A stretch of DNA of 64,000 nt. Origin: Octopus sinensis. Lineage: Eukaryota. Below the pieces are notes generated by a model. That model searched no databases. It was given only the letters and a program-made list of their open reading frames with translations, and had not been told where the DNA came from. The stretch spans positions 1,364,001 through 1,428,000 of the forward strand of contig NC_043025.1 in assembly GCF_006345805.1 (NCBI RefSeq). Reading direction: 5' to 3'. Position 1 is the stretch's first letter, and each line of letters opens with the position of its first letter. Positions 1 to 12,210 of the stretch are shown one piece after another. The translations under genes and the position numbers were made by a program.

Positions 1-2491
1 GGTTGGTAAGCTGGTCTTCGTCAAACCCCAGAGCCCCTCTAGGACGTCGTCGTTCTTTGCCTCTACCAGCCTGCTATAAAATACCGAGGTGGTATTTCCG
101 CAGCCGGCCTTGCCCGCCTTGTGGATCACCGTGAGTGCCTGTCGGCACTCCTTTTGCCATAAAGTCAGATTCCGTCTTTTGATGCAACCGGGTTTAAAAT
201 TCACTAAGGAAGCCGGTCTCGGGAAAAATTCCCCTGCCAGCGGACTCCACACCTTATCACCCTCCAGGTGGTGCCAGAGATGCTTCAGCCTCAACGCATG
301 TCTGCGCATCATCAACCAAGGCATTCCTAACCCACCCTTTAACGGTTCCTGGCAGCAAACGGAGCGCCTCACAAGTGGCTTTCCTCCCTTCCACAAAAAG
401 CGGAAAAGGATTCGCTCCAACTTGCTAAGCCATGAATCGGGGCAAGGGACAACGGTCAGGCGGTAAGTGATTACAGATGCAATGAACACCTGTACCACCT
501 CCGCCCTTCCTTTCAAGGACAGAAACCTTCCGGACCAGGTCCGTACTATGGCCTCCACCTTGCCCGTCACCTCACTCCAATTCCTCTCCGTTTGGGAGTC
601 TGGCTCAAACAAAACTCCTAGCAACTTAAAAGGACCATCTGTCCAGTGTCCCACGGCACTGGACGATATCGACTTGCTCCTCCAGGTGCCGAGGCGTAAG
701 CCAATCGACTTGTCCTTGTTAACTTTTGCTCCTGCCACCGCCTCGTATCCTCTGATAGCATCTTCTACACAAGGTAGCTGAGCCTCATTGGACACGATGA
801 GGGTGACGTCATCCGCATAAGCAGAAACCGTCCTCCCGCCTCCGATCTCATCCGGGTTACTTCCCAGCCTCTCCAAATTTCGCAGCCATGGCTCGAGAGC
901 CAACACGTACAAAAGTGGTGACAAGGGGCACCCTCGACGAACTGAACATTCGATCGAAAACGGTTCCGTTAGGTAACCGTTTATCTGGACGGTGGACTTG
1001 ATGCCGCTATACATAGCGGAGATCCACCCGCGAAATTCAGGGCCCAGTCCAGCCGCTTCGGGACTGTCGCCAGGTACTTATGGTCTACCCTATCGAATGC
1101 TTTACTTTGGTCTAAATGGACCATTACCCCGCCCTTGCCGGTTAATTTACCCACCCTATCTCAGGTGTAGCGTATAAGGTGAAGATTGTCCTGGATCGAC
1201 CTGCCTGGAATTGCACATGTCTGTGCTTTCCCTACAAGTTTCTCCACGACAGTCGTCAACCTTTTTGCCAACACCTTGGCCAAAATCTTTAACGCTACAT
1301 TAAGTAGAGTTATGGGCCTGTAATTACTAATGTTATCCCCCTTGCTCGGGTCTTTCTGGATTAGCGTCACCACTCCCCGGCTTACAGAACTGGGAATTCT
1401 CCCGTTCTGCTGTCAGTTCGCGTAGACGCCTGCCAGTATTCCCCCGAACAAGTCCGGCATACTTTGGTAAAACTCGTAGGGCAGACCATCCAACCCCGGT
1501 AACTTCTCCCCGGCGCATCCGGCCAGTACCCCCTCTATCTCCGCGGTAGTGATCGCTCATTCACAGCACTCCACCTCACGCCCCGAGAGCCGCGGTCCGC
1601 CGGCTAGGAAGTCCTTTAAGACCCTCCCCCGCTCCAGCGACCCACACCTCCCGAACGCGCGGACGAAATGCTGGTGAAGAAACTTTTGCATCTCCTCCTG
1701 TCCATAGATCTTGTGTCCCTGTTCGTCAGTTAAAGACTTAATTGAAGCTTTGTTACCTCTCTGACTCTCCACTCGACGGGCCCATCCGGCAACGTTAATA
1801 CCTTCTCGTTTCCCTGCGCGTAGCTTAGCTCTAACGTGTTTGGAGTTAAGGTGACGGTACAATACCGTCCTTGCCGCCATCACTCCGGATGCAGAGCCAG
1901 ATTCCATTGCCTCGTTTAGATTCTTAACTAAATCGTCCTCTATCCTAGACCTATCTAACCATAGCTGATTGCTAAATCTAATGGACTCTGAACGAATGGC
2001 TCTTTTGAGGGAGTGCCACCATCTATTGTTAATGATGGTGCCACATAATGCCCTCTGTACTAACACCTTAATCCGGGTACGGAAGTCTTCACAATTCAAA
2101 ATAGACTTGTTCAGCTTCCAGTACCCGGGTCCCTGTCTATGGCACTTATCTAATTGCACCCTACAAGTCACAAATTTGTGATCCGTGTAGGGCACAATGT
2201 GAAACTGTGGACAAGTAAACGTATCCTTATCTCTTTTCCTAACGAATATACGATCTGCGTAAGCCGTCGTTGTTACTCCACGTCCACTGTGGAACGCTCG
2301 GCTCATCCAGTCGATAACGGTCTACTAGATTAAAGCTCTCTAGTAGACCCTTGAGGCTAGGGTTCCCCTTTCTATTGGTTGAGCTAACACTGTCGACCCG
2401 CGCTTCGAGGACAGTGTTAAAGTCCCCTACTAAGACTACCGTTTTCGACGTCACTAAAGAGTGCTCCAGATTCCGAAAAAAACCCGACTGC
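1..2491 (-). mobile_element. Tx1/L1-type non-LTR retrotransposon, ORF2 segment (APE C-terminus and RT), cut by the window edge and the gap
   Basis: Minus-strand ORFs contain VLVGDFN, PYTDHK, GPGYWKLN and NYRPITLLN. The sequence matches 51439-53929 at an offset of 51438. Confidence 0.92.
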
Positions 2492-2591
2492 NNNNNNNNN
2501 NNNNNNNNNNNNNNNNNNNNNNNNNNNNNNNNNNNNNNNNNNNNNNNNNNNNNNNNNNNNNNNNNNNNNNNNNNNNNNNNNNNNNNNNNNN
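2492..2591. other. Assembly gap (100 N)
   Basis: Run of exactly 100 N. Confidence 0.99.
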
Positions 2592-5500
2592 ACCAAGATT
2601 TCTTGGTGAGGAGGGTGATTTGGACACCCAGCAGGACTAAAAACAAAACCTGTCAAAGGGCAGAGGAACTCTCTCGTGAGTCAATGGCCATCCAAAAACC
2701 TACATAAACCCGGAGTGGAGCCCCTAAGGTGGTTGGATTGCGCCATTCGTGCCACCTTCCGGCAGCCCCTGCATCCTGGTCTACCCCCAGCCGTCTTGAC
2801 TTTGTCTTGGCACTAGATCCGGCGCACCAGGACGAGAGAATGAGGCTGATCCTGCGCAAGTCACCCTCACTATAACCCAAGTCACGACCACGTCATGGTA
2901 TCATGACACCTACATCACAAAGTCCTGTGGCGATGGGGAAATGACGAAGTAGCGGGTGAGGATACAATGGGAGCTGCAGTCGTGAACCCACACACAGGCG
3001 GCTCAGGACATGTGGTCGCCCCTCACTGAACTGAGTCAGCAGTGGAGTCCGGCAGCCTCCTGAGTGACCGAGCAGCCCTCTTCAGGATCGCTCTGCTATC
3101 CACCGCAGCATGAGGACGGGGCTAGAAAAGGTTGCCCTAAACATAGCCTGCCTCACCTCACCCTGGTCAGCAAACCGCGGCTGGCGGGGATCCTTTCCAA
3201 GCGGTCGAAACAAAGAAAGAAGGAAACAAACAAAGGTGCTCCCTTTCGCAACTTAGAACACGAGAACTCTGCTTGACAACACCAAAGTGGACAGACCAGA
3301 GAGACGAACTGCCCTGGTGGCCAGAGAACTGAGCCGATACAATTTCGATATCGCAGCACTGAGCGAGACCCGCCCTGCGGACAAAGGCCAGCTGACAGAG
3401 ACAGGCGGCGGCTACACTTTCTTTTGGAGTGGTCGCAGCAGCGAAGAGCGTCGTGAGGCTGGTGTTGGTTTTGCCATCAAGTCAGTACACGTGCGGAAAC
3501 TGGAATGCTCCCCCGAGGGTATCAACGATCTGCTGATGAAGATGCAGCTCCCACTTGGAAACAAGACTAGTGCGACCATCATCAGCGCTTACGCCCCCAC
3601 CATGACCAACCCTGAAGAAGTTAAGGACAGGTTCTCTGAGGAACTCGACTCCCTCATCACGTCAGCCCAGCCTGGGAAGCTCATCCTCCTTCGGGACTTT
3701 AACGCCCGTGTCGGGACTGACCACCAAGCCTGGCATCGCGTACTGGGAAAGCAAGGAATAGGAAAGTGCAACAACAACGGGCAGCTCCTCCTGCGTGCGT
3801 GTGCCTCTCATGATCTTACCATCGCCAACACCTTTTTCCGTCTGCCAATACGCAACAAGACATCATGGATGCATCCACGCTCCAAACACTGGCATCTGAT
3901 AGATTGCGTCATCGTCAGGGCGAAAGACAGGCGGGACGTGAGACTGGTCAAAGCCATGTGTGGAGCTGATTGCTGGACGGACCATCGCCTCATCATCTCC
4001 AGGATGGATTTCTACATCCAACCTAAGAGAAGACCACAGGGTCAGAAAGTGATGAGGAAGCTTAACATCATGAAATTAAAGAACCAGCTGACTGCACAAG
4101 ATCTCCAGTCACGTATGGACAGCAAGCTGTTGGACATTCGAAATGACCAGTCCATCGATGAGCAGTGGGAATCATTCAGGGACACGGTCCATTCCATCGC
4201 CCTTGAAACTCTAAGCCAAGTTACGAGAAACCACCAGGACTGGTTCGACGAAAACGACCAGGAAATCCAAAAGCTCCTGGAAGAGAAACGCCGTCTTCTG
4301 CGTGTCCACAAAAATGACACCAACTGCACGGCAAAGAAGGCTGCTTTCAACAACATTCGCAGCACAGTCCAGGCAAAACTCCGCCTCATGCAAGACGCAT
4401 GGTTAAGCGCCAAGGCGGATGAAATTCAGGGATACGCAGACAAACACGACACCAAGAAATTCTACGAGAAACTGAAAGCTGTCTAAGGACCGCAGTTCTC
4501 CTTTGGATCAACCCCCCTGCTCAGCTCGGATGGAACCTCACTCCTGACTAACAAGAGGCTGATCCTGGAGAGATGGGCGGAGCATTTCAACATCGTGCTC
4601 AACCGACCAGTCCAGATCAATGAGGAAGCCATCGCACGACTCCCCCAGGTGCCGACAAACCACGAGCTGGCTGCTCCCCCTGCAGTCGAGGAAGTGAGCA
4701 GAGCCATCAAAAAAATGTCCACCGGCAAAGCTCCAGGCTCTGGCGCCATCCCTGCAGAGGTGTTCAAGTCGGGCGGCCCCACCATGATCAGTCAGCTCAC
4801 CAGCCTGTTCCAGTCGATGTGGGACAGGGAACAACTCCCTCAATATTTATGGGACGCAACAATCGTCCACATTTATAAGCGGAAAGGAGATCGGCAGTAC
4901 TGCGACAACCACCGAGGAATCTCCCTCTTGTCCATAGCAGGCAAGATCCTGGCCCGAGTCCTGCTTGACCGCCTTCTGGAACACTTGGAGCAATGCCTTC
5001 TCCCTGAGAGCTAGTGTGGCTTCCGCACGGGTCGAGGGACCACTGGCACTGATATTCGCCGCCCGCCAGCTGCAGGAAAAATGCATGGAGCAGCACCTTA
5101 ACCTCTGCATGACCTTTGTTGACCTCACCAGGGCTTTCGATACAGTCAGTCGGGAGGGACTCTGGAAGGTCATGGGAAAATTTGGTTGCCCCAGCAAATT
5201 TATTGCAATTGTCCGCCAGTTCCACGACGGAATGACAGCCAGAGCCCTTGAAGACGGCAACTTGTCTGAAGTCTTCCAGGTGACCTACGGAGTCAGGCAG
5301 GGCTGTGTCCTGGCCCCAACACTGTTCAGCATCATGTTCTCGGCAATGCTGTCCGACGCCTTCAGGGACTGCAAGTCTGGTATCGACATCAAGTACAGGA
5401 CGGACGGGAAATTTTTCAACTCCAGAAGATTGCAGGCCATCACAAAGGTGAGGGAGACAGTCGTCAGAGACTTACTCTTTGCTGACGACTGCGCCCTTAA

Positions 5501-6460
5501 CGCAATCGATGAGCAGGAGATGCAGCTCGGGATGGACAGGTTCTCATCAGCCTGTGACAACTTCGGTCTCACCATCAGTGCCAAGAAAACCGAAGTGATG
5601 TTTCCGCCAGCCCCCGGCAAACAATACCATGAGCCTCAGATAAAGGTGAACGGACGAGTCCTACGAGCGGTGGAAAACTTCACCTACCTGGGCAGCACTC
5701 TCTCCTGCAATGCCAACATAGATGCTGATATCATCAACAGAATCTCCAAGGCAAACAGCGCGTTTGGGAGACTGTGAAGGAAAGTCTTGGAGCGGAGAGG
5801 AATCAGCCTCAACACCAAGCTGAAAGTCTACCGGCCAGTCGTGCTTACCACCCTACTATACGGCTGCGAGACGTGGACTGCTTACCGAAGGCACGAGCGC
5901 CAGATTAACCACTTCCACCTCAGGTGTCTTCGGAACATCCTTCACATCCGCTGGCAAGACAAAGTCCCAGACACGGAAGTTCTGAAGCAGACAGATCTCG
6001 CTAGCACCATTATGATAATGCGCAAGGCCCAGCTGAGATGGGCAGGCCACGTCTCCCGCATGTCCGACACTCGCATCCCAAAACAGCTCTTCTACGGTGA
6101 ACTCAGCCAGGGTAAATGCAAAGTCGGAGGGAAGAAGAAGCGCTTCAAGGACAGTCTCAAAGACTTCTCCATCGGCACAGAGACTTGGGAGACACTTGCT
6201 GTCGACCGATCATCCTGGCGCAGCGCAATCACCACAGGAGCAGGGACAGCCGAGTAGGGACGGTTTCGGTCAGCAGAACAGAAACGCCAGATGCGGAAAG
6301 CCAGAGCCACCTGCACCAATAGCACAGCACCTACCCACTTCTGCCCCACCTGTGGGAGGTGCTTTCTTGCCCGGATTGGCCTCACCAGCCACCTCCGGTC
6401 TCATAGCAGCAATTCCACCAAATGATGTCAATGGACATCTTCGAACCTGAAGGACGAACA
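2592..6460 (+). mobile_element. RTE-clade (BovB-like) LINE, near full length, with stops and frameshifts
   Basis: APE motifs DIAALSETR, SAYAPT and CWTDH in ORF 3287-4486. RT motifs VDLTRAFD, GVRQGCVLAP and LFADD at 4965-5777. C-terminal CPTC...HLRSH zinc finger near 6340-6403. 3' end ATCTTCGAACCTGAAGGACGAAC is followed by (TA)n. Confidence 0.95.
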
Positions 6461-6464
6461 TTAA

Positions 6465-6517
6465 GATACATATATATATATACACATATATATAAACACA
6501 TATATACATATATATAC

Positions 6518-6555
<38 letters not shown>

Positions 6556-6812
6556 ATATACATATATGTATATACATATATGTATATATATACATAATTG
6601 CAGCGTACATAAATATATACACATATATATATATATATATACATATATATACATATATATACATATATATATACATATATATATACATATATATATATAC
6701 ATATATACATATATATACATATATATATATATACATATATGTATATACATATATATACAATATATATACATATACATACATATACATATACATATACATA
6801 TATATGCATGTG

Positions 6813-6845
<33 letters not shown>

Positions 6846-6900
6846 ATATGCATACATATATACATATACATCCATATATACATATACATATATATATATG
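6465..6900. repeat. (TA)n/(TACA)n microsatellite
   Basis: Simple repeat read directly. Confidence 0.97.
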
Positions 6901-6920
6901 TAATAATGGAAAACCTCTAT

Positions 6921-7011
6921 AATTGGCTGATGATTACTCAGCATTTTAAAACTGTTGTAATACTTACATCATTTAATAAAATGATGTAGTACGAAACGAT
7001 CGTGCCAAATT
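6921..7011 (+). ncRNA. Type I hammerhead-like motif in the Naiad 5' region (branched stem II, GUG at the cleavage site, probably inactive)
   Basis: AATTGG-CTGATGA, two hairpins, GAAA-CGATCG-TG, CCAAATT. Confidence 0.55.
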
Positions 7012-9201
7012 ACCGGATTCATTCTTGTTGCTTATTTTGATTATAATCACCCCACGGATTTATATGGATAACACCACGCAGAATTCTGGTGCGTCTAAAT
7101 TAAGTACCATATTCATTTGAATCTAAATTTTTGCTGAACTTATAATTCCATAAATTGTGTATGCTTTCCGGTACTTAACTTCTCAACAAGGATGAAAAAG
7201 GTAAATATAGAGTTTTCCCCAAAGGATATCCCATTTCATAGTAAGGACGAATACATATGGCTATTGATCCACAGAACCAATGAGTTTATCCAAAGAATTA
7301 GATGGATTACTTACCACCACGATACCAAACCGAAAGAAGACCCTCAACTAACACACTTGAATAATCGCTACAAAAAGATTTTTAGAAGTAGGAAGAGCCC
7401 ACCTCCGAATCCATTGCTTGAAAACTTTGAAAAGGATCTACTGGACCTTATCGTAAATATTAAATTCAAGGAACATCCACTAAGGTATAATCCACACCTT
7501 AGACATCTAAAGGATTACATTAAATCTATTCAAGGTAAACAGGACATCCTGGTCCCAGCCGACAAAACTGGAAACCTTTACAGAATGGATTATGCAACTT
7601 ACAGCAAACTCATTAGAAAGGAACTAAACTTAAGGTATAAAGTAACAACAAAGAAAAACCTAAGAGATATTAATTTAGAAATCAAAAAAGTTACGGCAAA
7701 TTATGATCTGACCGATAGAACGGAGCCTCTAAAACCATGTGAACCCAGGATTAATCTTAAGGACCACAAGAAAATTTTCTCCGAAAACCCCTCGGTAAAA
7801 CACATATGTACAACTAAGTCGGACATTGGTCGACTTAGCAAATCTATTTTGGACAATATTCTACCCCGTATAATTCCTAATCTCCCCTTGAGTCTATGAA
7901 TTAATACAGATGAGGTAATAGATTGGTTTAAATCTCTAGATAACACTAATAGAATCTCTTTTATCCAATTTGACATTAACAATTACTATTCTAGTATATC
8001 CCCCATTCTACTTAATAAATCACTTATTTTTGCTAAGAACCGCTCTCTCATATCTAGAGAAGAAATTGACATCATCCTATTAGCTAGAAAAACTATCATC
8101 GAATTTGAAGGAAAATTATGGACTAGGGTGGATACCCCTAATAATTTTGATATACCCATGGGCTCAAGTGACTTGGCGGAGATAACCAATCTGGTAGGAG
8201 CATACTTATTAAAATGCATAAACAGAGATATCCCAGAATTACAAGGTGGTCTATATAGGGATGATGCTTTGTTTGTTGTACCTAGCAACAGTAAATCAAG
8301 TATTGAGAGCATAAAAAAGAAAATTAGCAATTTTTTTAAAGATTTTCACCTAGGCATTACATATGAACCTAACACCAAGATAGTTAATTTCCCAGACGTT
8401 ACCTTAGACTTGAATTCAAAGTTACATTACCCATTTAGAAAGGAGGGAAAAGTTACCAGATATGTAAGTCATCCAATCACCTCCCCCCCGAATATACTAA
8501 AATCATTAGATAAAAATATTTCTCTGAGAATTTCAAAATTATCATCAAATAGTGAAATCTTTAACTCTCACTCTAATCATTATAATGTTGCATTATCTAA
8601 GGCTGGTTATGAGCAGGAAATCACCTTCCTAGATATTGACAACATAAATCTCCGAAATAATGAAGTGAATGTAAATGGCTTAAGTAATAAAGAATCTCAT
8701 ACTCTAAATAAACATAAATCAATAGAGGAAAAGAACCTAGCGTATAAACCTAATTATAAGAATAGAAATAGTAAACAGATCATAAATAAATATGAAAATG
8801 CTAGCCTAGATAAACCCGATAGGCATAAAAGTAATACTAAAAGGAATAATAATTCTCGTATGAATACTGATAACACTAAACCTTCCTACTTTTACTTTAA
8901 CAAAAAATATAAGAGAGAAAATGTCATTTGGCTAAATATCCCCTTTAATTGTACGATCTCGACGAATGTGTACAGTAGATTTATGTCTATACTGGAAAAT
9001 AATTTCCCAGCCTCCCATAAATATCATAAAATAATTTCTAAAAGATCAGTGAGAATTTCATATTCCACTCTCCCAAACATGGCTGCCATAATAGCTAGGC
9101 TTAATAGTAAAAACATTAAGTTAGCCAGGAGTAGAATGAATAGTAACAACAATGATAGTAATAATAGTTGTAAAAATAGCAATAATAATAATAACAATAA
9201 C

Positions 9202-9278
<77 letters not shown>

Positions 9279-10807
9279 TGAATAAGGCATTCAGTGATGA
9301 AGGAAAGGATCAGGAGAGAATGTTATCGCAGAGTAAGAGCAATACTCAAGACAGAGCTGAATGCGAGAAACAGGATCGAAGCGATCAATGCATTAGCCAT
9401 ACCAGTCGTGACTTACAGTTTCAATATCGTTAACTGGTCAATTACTAAAATATGTAATCTTGACAGAAAAATACGAAAACTGTTGACAATGCATAGAATG
9501 CACCACCCTAAGGCAGATACAGAACGACTTTATCTGCCAAGAAAAGAGGGAGGCCGTGGACATTTACAACTGGCAATAACAATGAAGATTGCTGCAATTG
9601 GCCTAGACACCTACCTGAAAAACTCTGAGGACTGGATGTTAAAACTTGTCTCAAAACATGAAAACAAGAAAGCATCATACTCAGTAACAAAACAGGCAAA
9701 GGAATATCTAAGTGAATTCCGAATACAACAAATTTCGGAATTAGAGATAGACATACAAGAAACAAGCACAGAAAAAGCTAAGCGCATGAAATCTTGTGCT
9801 AAAACTGTGGCCTTAGATATTCTGAATGATAAATGGCAAGAAAAACCTCTCTATAGCAAATACCCAAAGTTAGTGAATAATGCAGATGTTGACAAAGCCC
9901 TGACCCATCAATGGCTAATGGCCTCTGGCTTAAAATCTGAAACAGAAGGGTTTATCATAGCAGCTCAAGATCAATGACTACCTACAAGAAACTACCAGGC
10001 CAACATATTAAAGAACGGCTGTGGCCCAACATGTCGTGTATGTCAACAACAAAATGAAACCATTGATCATGTTGTCTCCAAATGCAGTCTTCTAGCGCCT
10101 ACAGAGTACCTCAACAGGCATGATAGAGCTGCACAATATATTCACTGGGTAATTTCCAAAAACCTGGATTTGCCCCATAATAAAAACTGGTGGGAACACA
10201 ATCCACCTCCAGTGCTTGAAAATGACCACATCTCACTCCTCTGGAACTTCACCATTCAAAATGACAGAAAGATAGATGCAAATAGGCCAGACATCATATT
10301 GAAAGACTTCAAACAAAGAACATGCCTCCTCATTGATATGACTGTCCCAATCGATATAAACGTATCTGTCAAGACCTACCATAAACTGAGCAAATATAAA
10401 GATCTTGAAATAGAAATCAGCAAAATGTGGAAGCTGAAGACTAAATCAATACCTATTGTCATAGGTGCCCTGGGAATGATAGCAAAAGGGGCTGATGCTA
10501 CCTAACTCAGATACCAAGAAACCCCAAAATGGCAGAAATTCAAAAGATAGTGCTCATGGGAACTGCTCATATCCTACGCAAAATACTTTCTATGTAATCT
10601 CAAGGTTTAAAACAAACATAATTTTCTTTTTTTTCTTTTTTTTCTTTTTCTTTTTTTTTGGACATTCACTAGTAAAACACCAAAAAGACCCCAAATATAT
10701 GGCACACTAGGCATAACAACAGCATGAACTTCCAACCTGTTGTCTCTTGAGGTCTCTGGGTGAAACTTGGAGCCAAGTTGTACAAATATAAAGCAAAAGT
10801 CAAACAG
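9279..10807 (+). mobile_element. 5'-truncated R4/Dong-clade LINE with restriction-like endonuclease
   Basis: RT thumb RLYLPRKEGGRG, ETEGFIIAAQDQ, CCHC finger (CRVC...ETIDHVVSKC...RHD) and RLE motif NRPDI...IDM...K-KY-DL. Flanked by (AAT)n on both sides. Confidence 0.9.
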
Positions 10808-12210
10808 AATAATAATGATAATAATAATGGTAATGATAAAAATAATATTAATAATGATGATGATGATGATAATAATAATAATAATAATATAATAATAATA
10901 ATAATAACAACAACAACATTGATGTAAATAGTGATAATAGCAATACCAATAATATAGGTAGTATAAATAAAAGTATGGTAGGTGATGATAATGGGGATGG
11001 ATTAATAACTAGTAACCCTAATTTACATAACGTAATTACTAATAATGAAAATATTACTAATACTAATAATAATTTAAATAACAGTAATGGAAATGAACTG
11101 TCCTTAAATAAATCCAGTACCGGACACTATCCCCCCAGTTGTAATTGTAGGATTATATCAAAATGTCCGGTATCTGGTCGTTGTTTGTTCCAAAACGTAA
11201 TTTATAAATGCACGATAATAACTTTTAACAATAGCTTTCTTTATTTCGGATGTCTTAACAATCATTTTTCCTCTTTTAGGCTCAAACATAAGGCAGGTTG
11301 CACAACATTATCTAGCAAAATTTGGGAACTAAAAACAAATAATATAGAATTCAACCTAAAATGGGATATAGTAAGAAGGGCGCAACCTTATAGAAATAGT
11401 AGGGATGGTTGTCAACTTTGTTCTATGGAAACTTATGAAGTTTTGAAGCATCAGAGTAATACAAATCTGTTGAATAACCGTTTGGAGCTGGGAAAATCTT
11501 GTATACATCGTACGAACCGAACGTTTAAATACTTTAAATAATAATTTTGTGAATATTCCTATATTTTTCAAATTTTAATTCCTTAAAACCAAATAAGTAG
11601 GAATATTCCATACTGGCTTTCAATTTAACATTCATAGATGACTAAAAAAGACTTCACTGCAAACTTAAAATTGAATTCTTTTTTCTAAAATTAAACTGTA
11701 TGAATCTAAATAGTTCGAATCCTAAATAGCATGAATCCCAATAAGTAGGAATACTAAATAGTATGAACCCTATGTCCCTAAAGAAACTATTCGGTTCACC
11801 TTGATTATCTCACTTCCATTTCTTAATATATAATTAGTCTAAGATATCTTTACAAAATATATATTTAACCAAATAGGAACGAATATACCATACTGGTTTT
11901 AGTTTAACACTCATAAATAATTAAAGAACTTCATTATAAACTTAAAATTATATTCTTCTTTTTATAATGTTCTCCAATACTAAGTAGTATTAATCCTATG
12001 TCCCTAGGGTAACTATTTGGTTCATCTTCATTATCTCACTTAAATTTCTTAATATATAATTAACCTAAGATATTTTTACCTAACTAATTAACTTTTATCC
12101 GCAGGTAGTAATTTTATTCCCAATAGATACCATTTTTTAATTCATTAATATCAACTTACTATCCATGAAATTTGATTAATTTTCTCTTCTAAATCACCTC
12201 CCCTTATATA

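Larger units (their letters stand above)
6901..12200 (+). mobile_element. Penelope-like element, Naiad-type (RT plus C-terminal GIY-YIG), interrupted by a Dong/R4 insertion
   Basis: One frame from 7192 to about 9230 with a single TGA at 7897-7899. Motifs PADKTGN, FIQFDI-YYSSI, FDIPMGSSDLAEI and GLYRDD. After the insert, ORF 10975-11541 has CNCR-x4-CP-x3-C, VIY...YFG, CQLC and CIH. Confidence 0.88.

Noticed and set aside
89-781. Plus-strand ORFs at 89-781 and 51527-52219
   Set aside because: Antisense shadows of Tx1 ORF2.
7897-7899. Selenocysteine recoding in the Naiad ORF (also the TGA at 29967)
   Set aside because: Both TGAs fall at expected Trp positions, the conserved Cys codons are ordinary TGT, and I recognised no SECIS.
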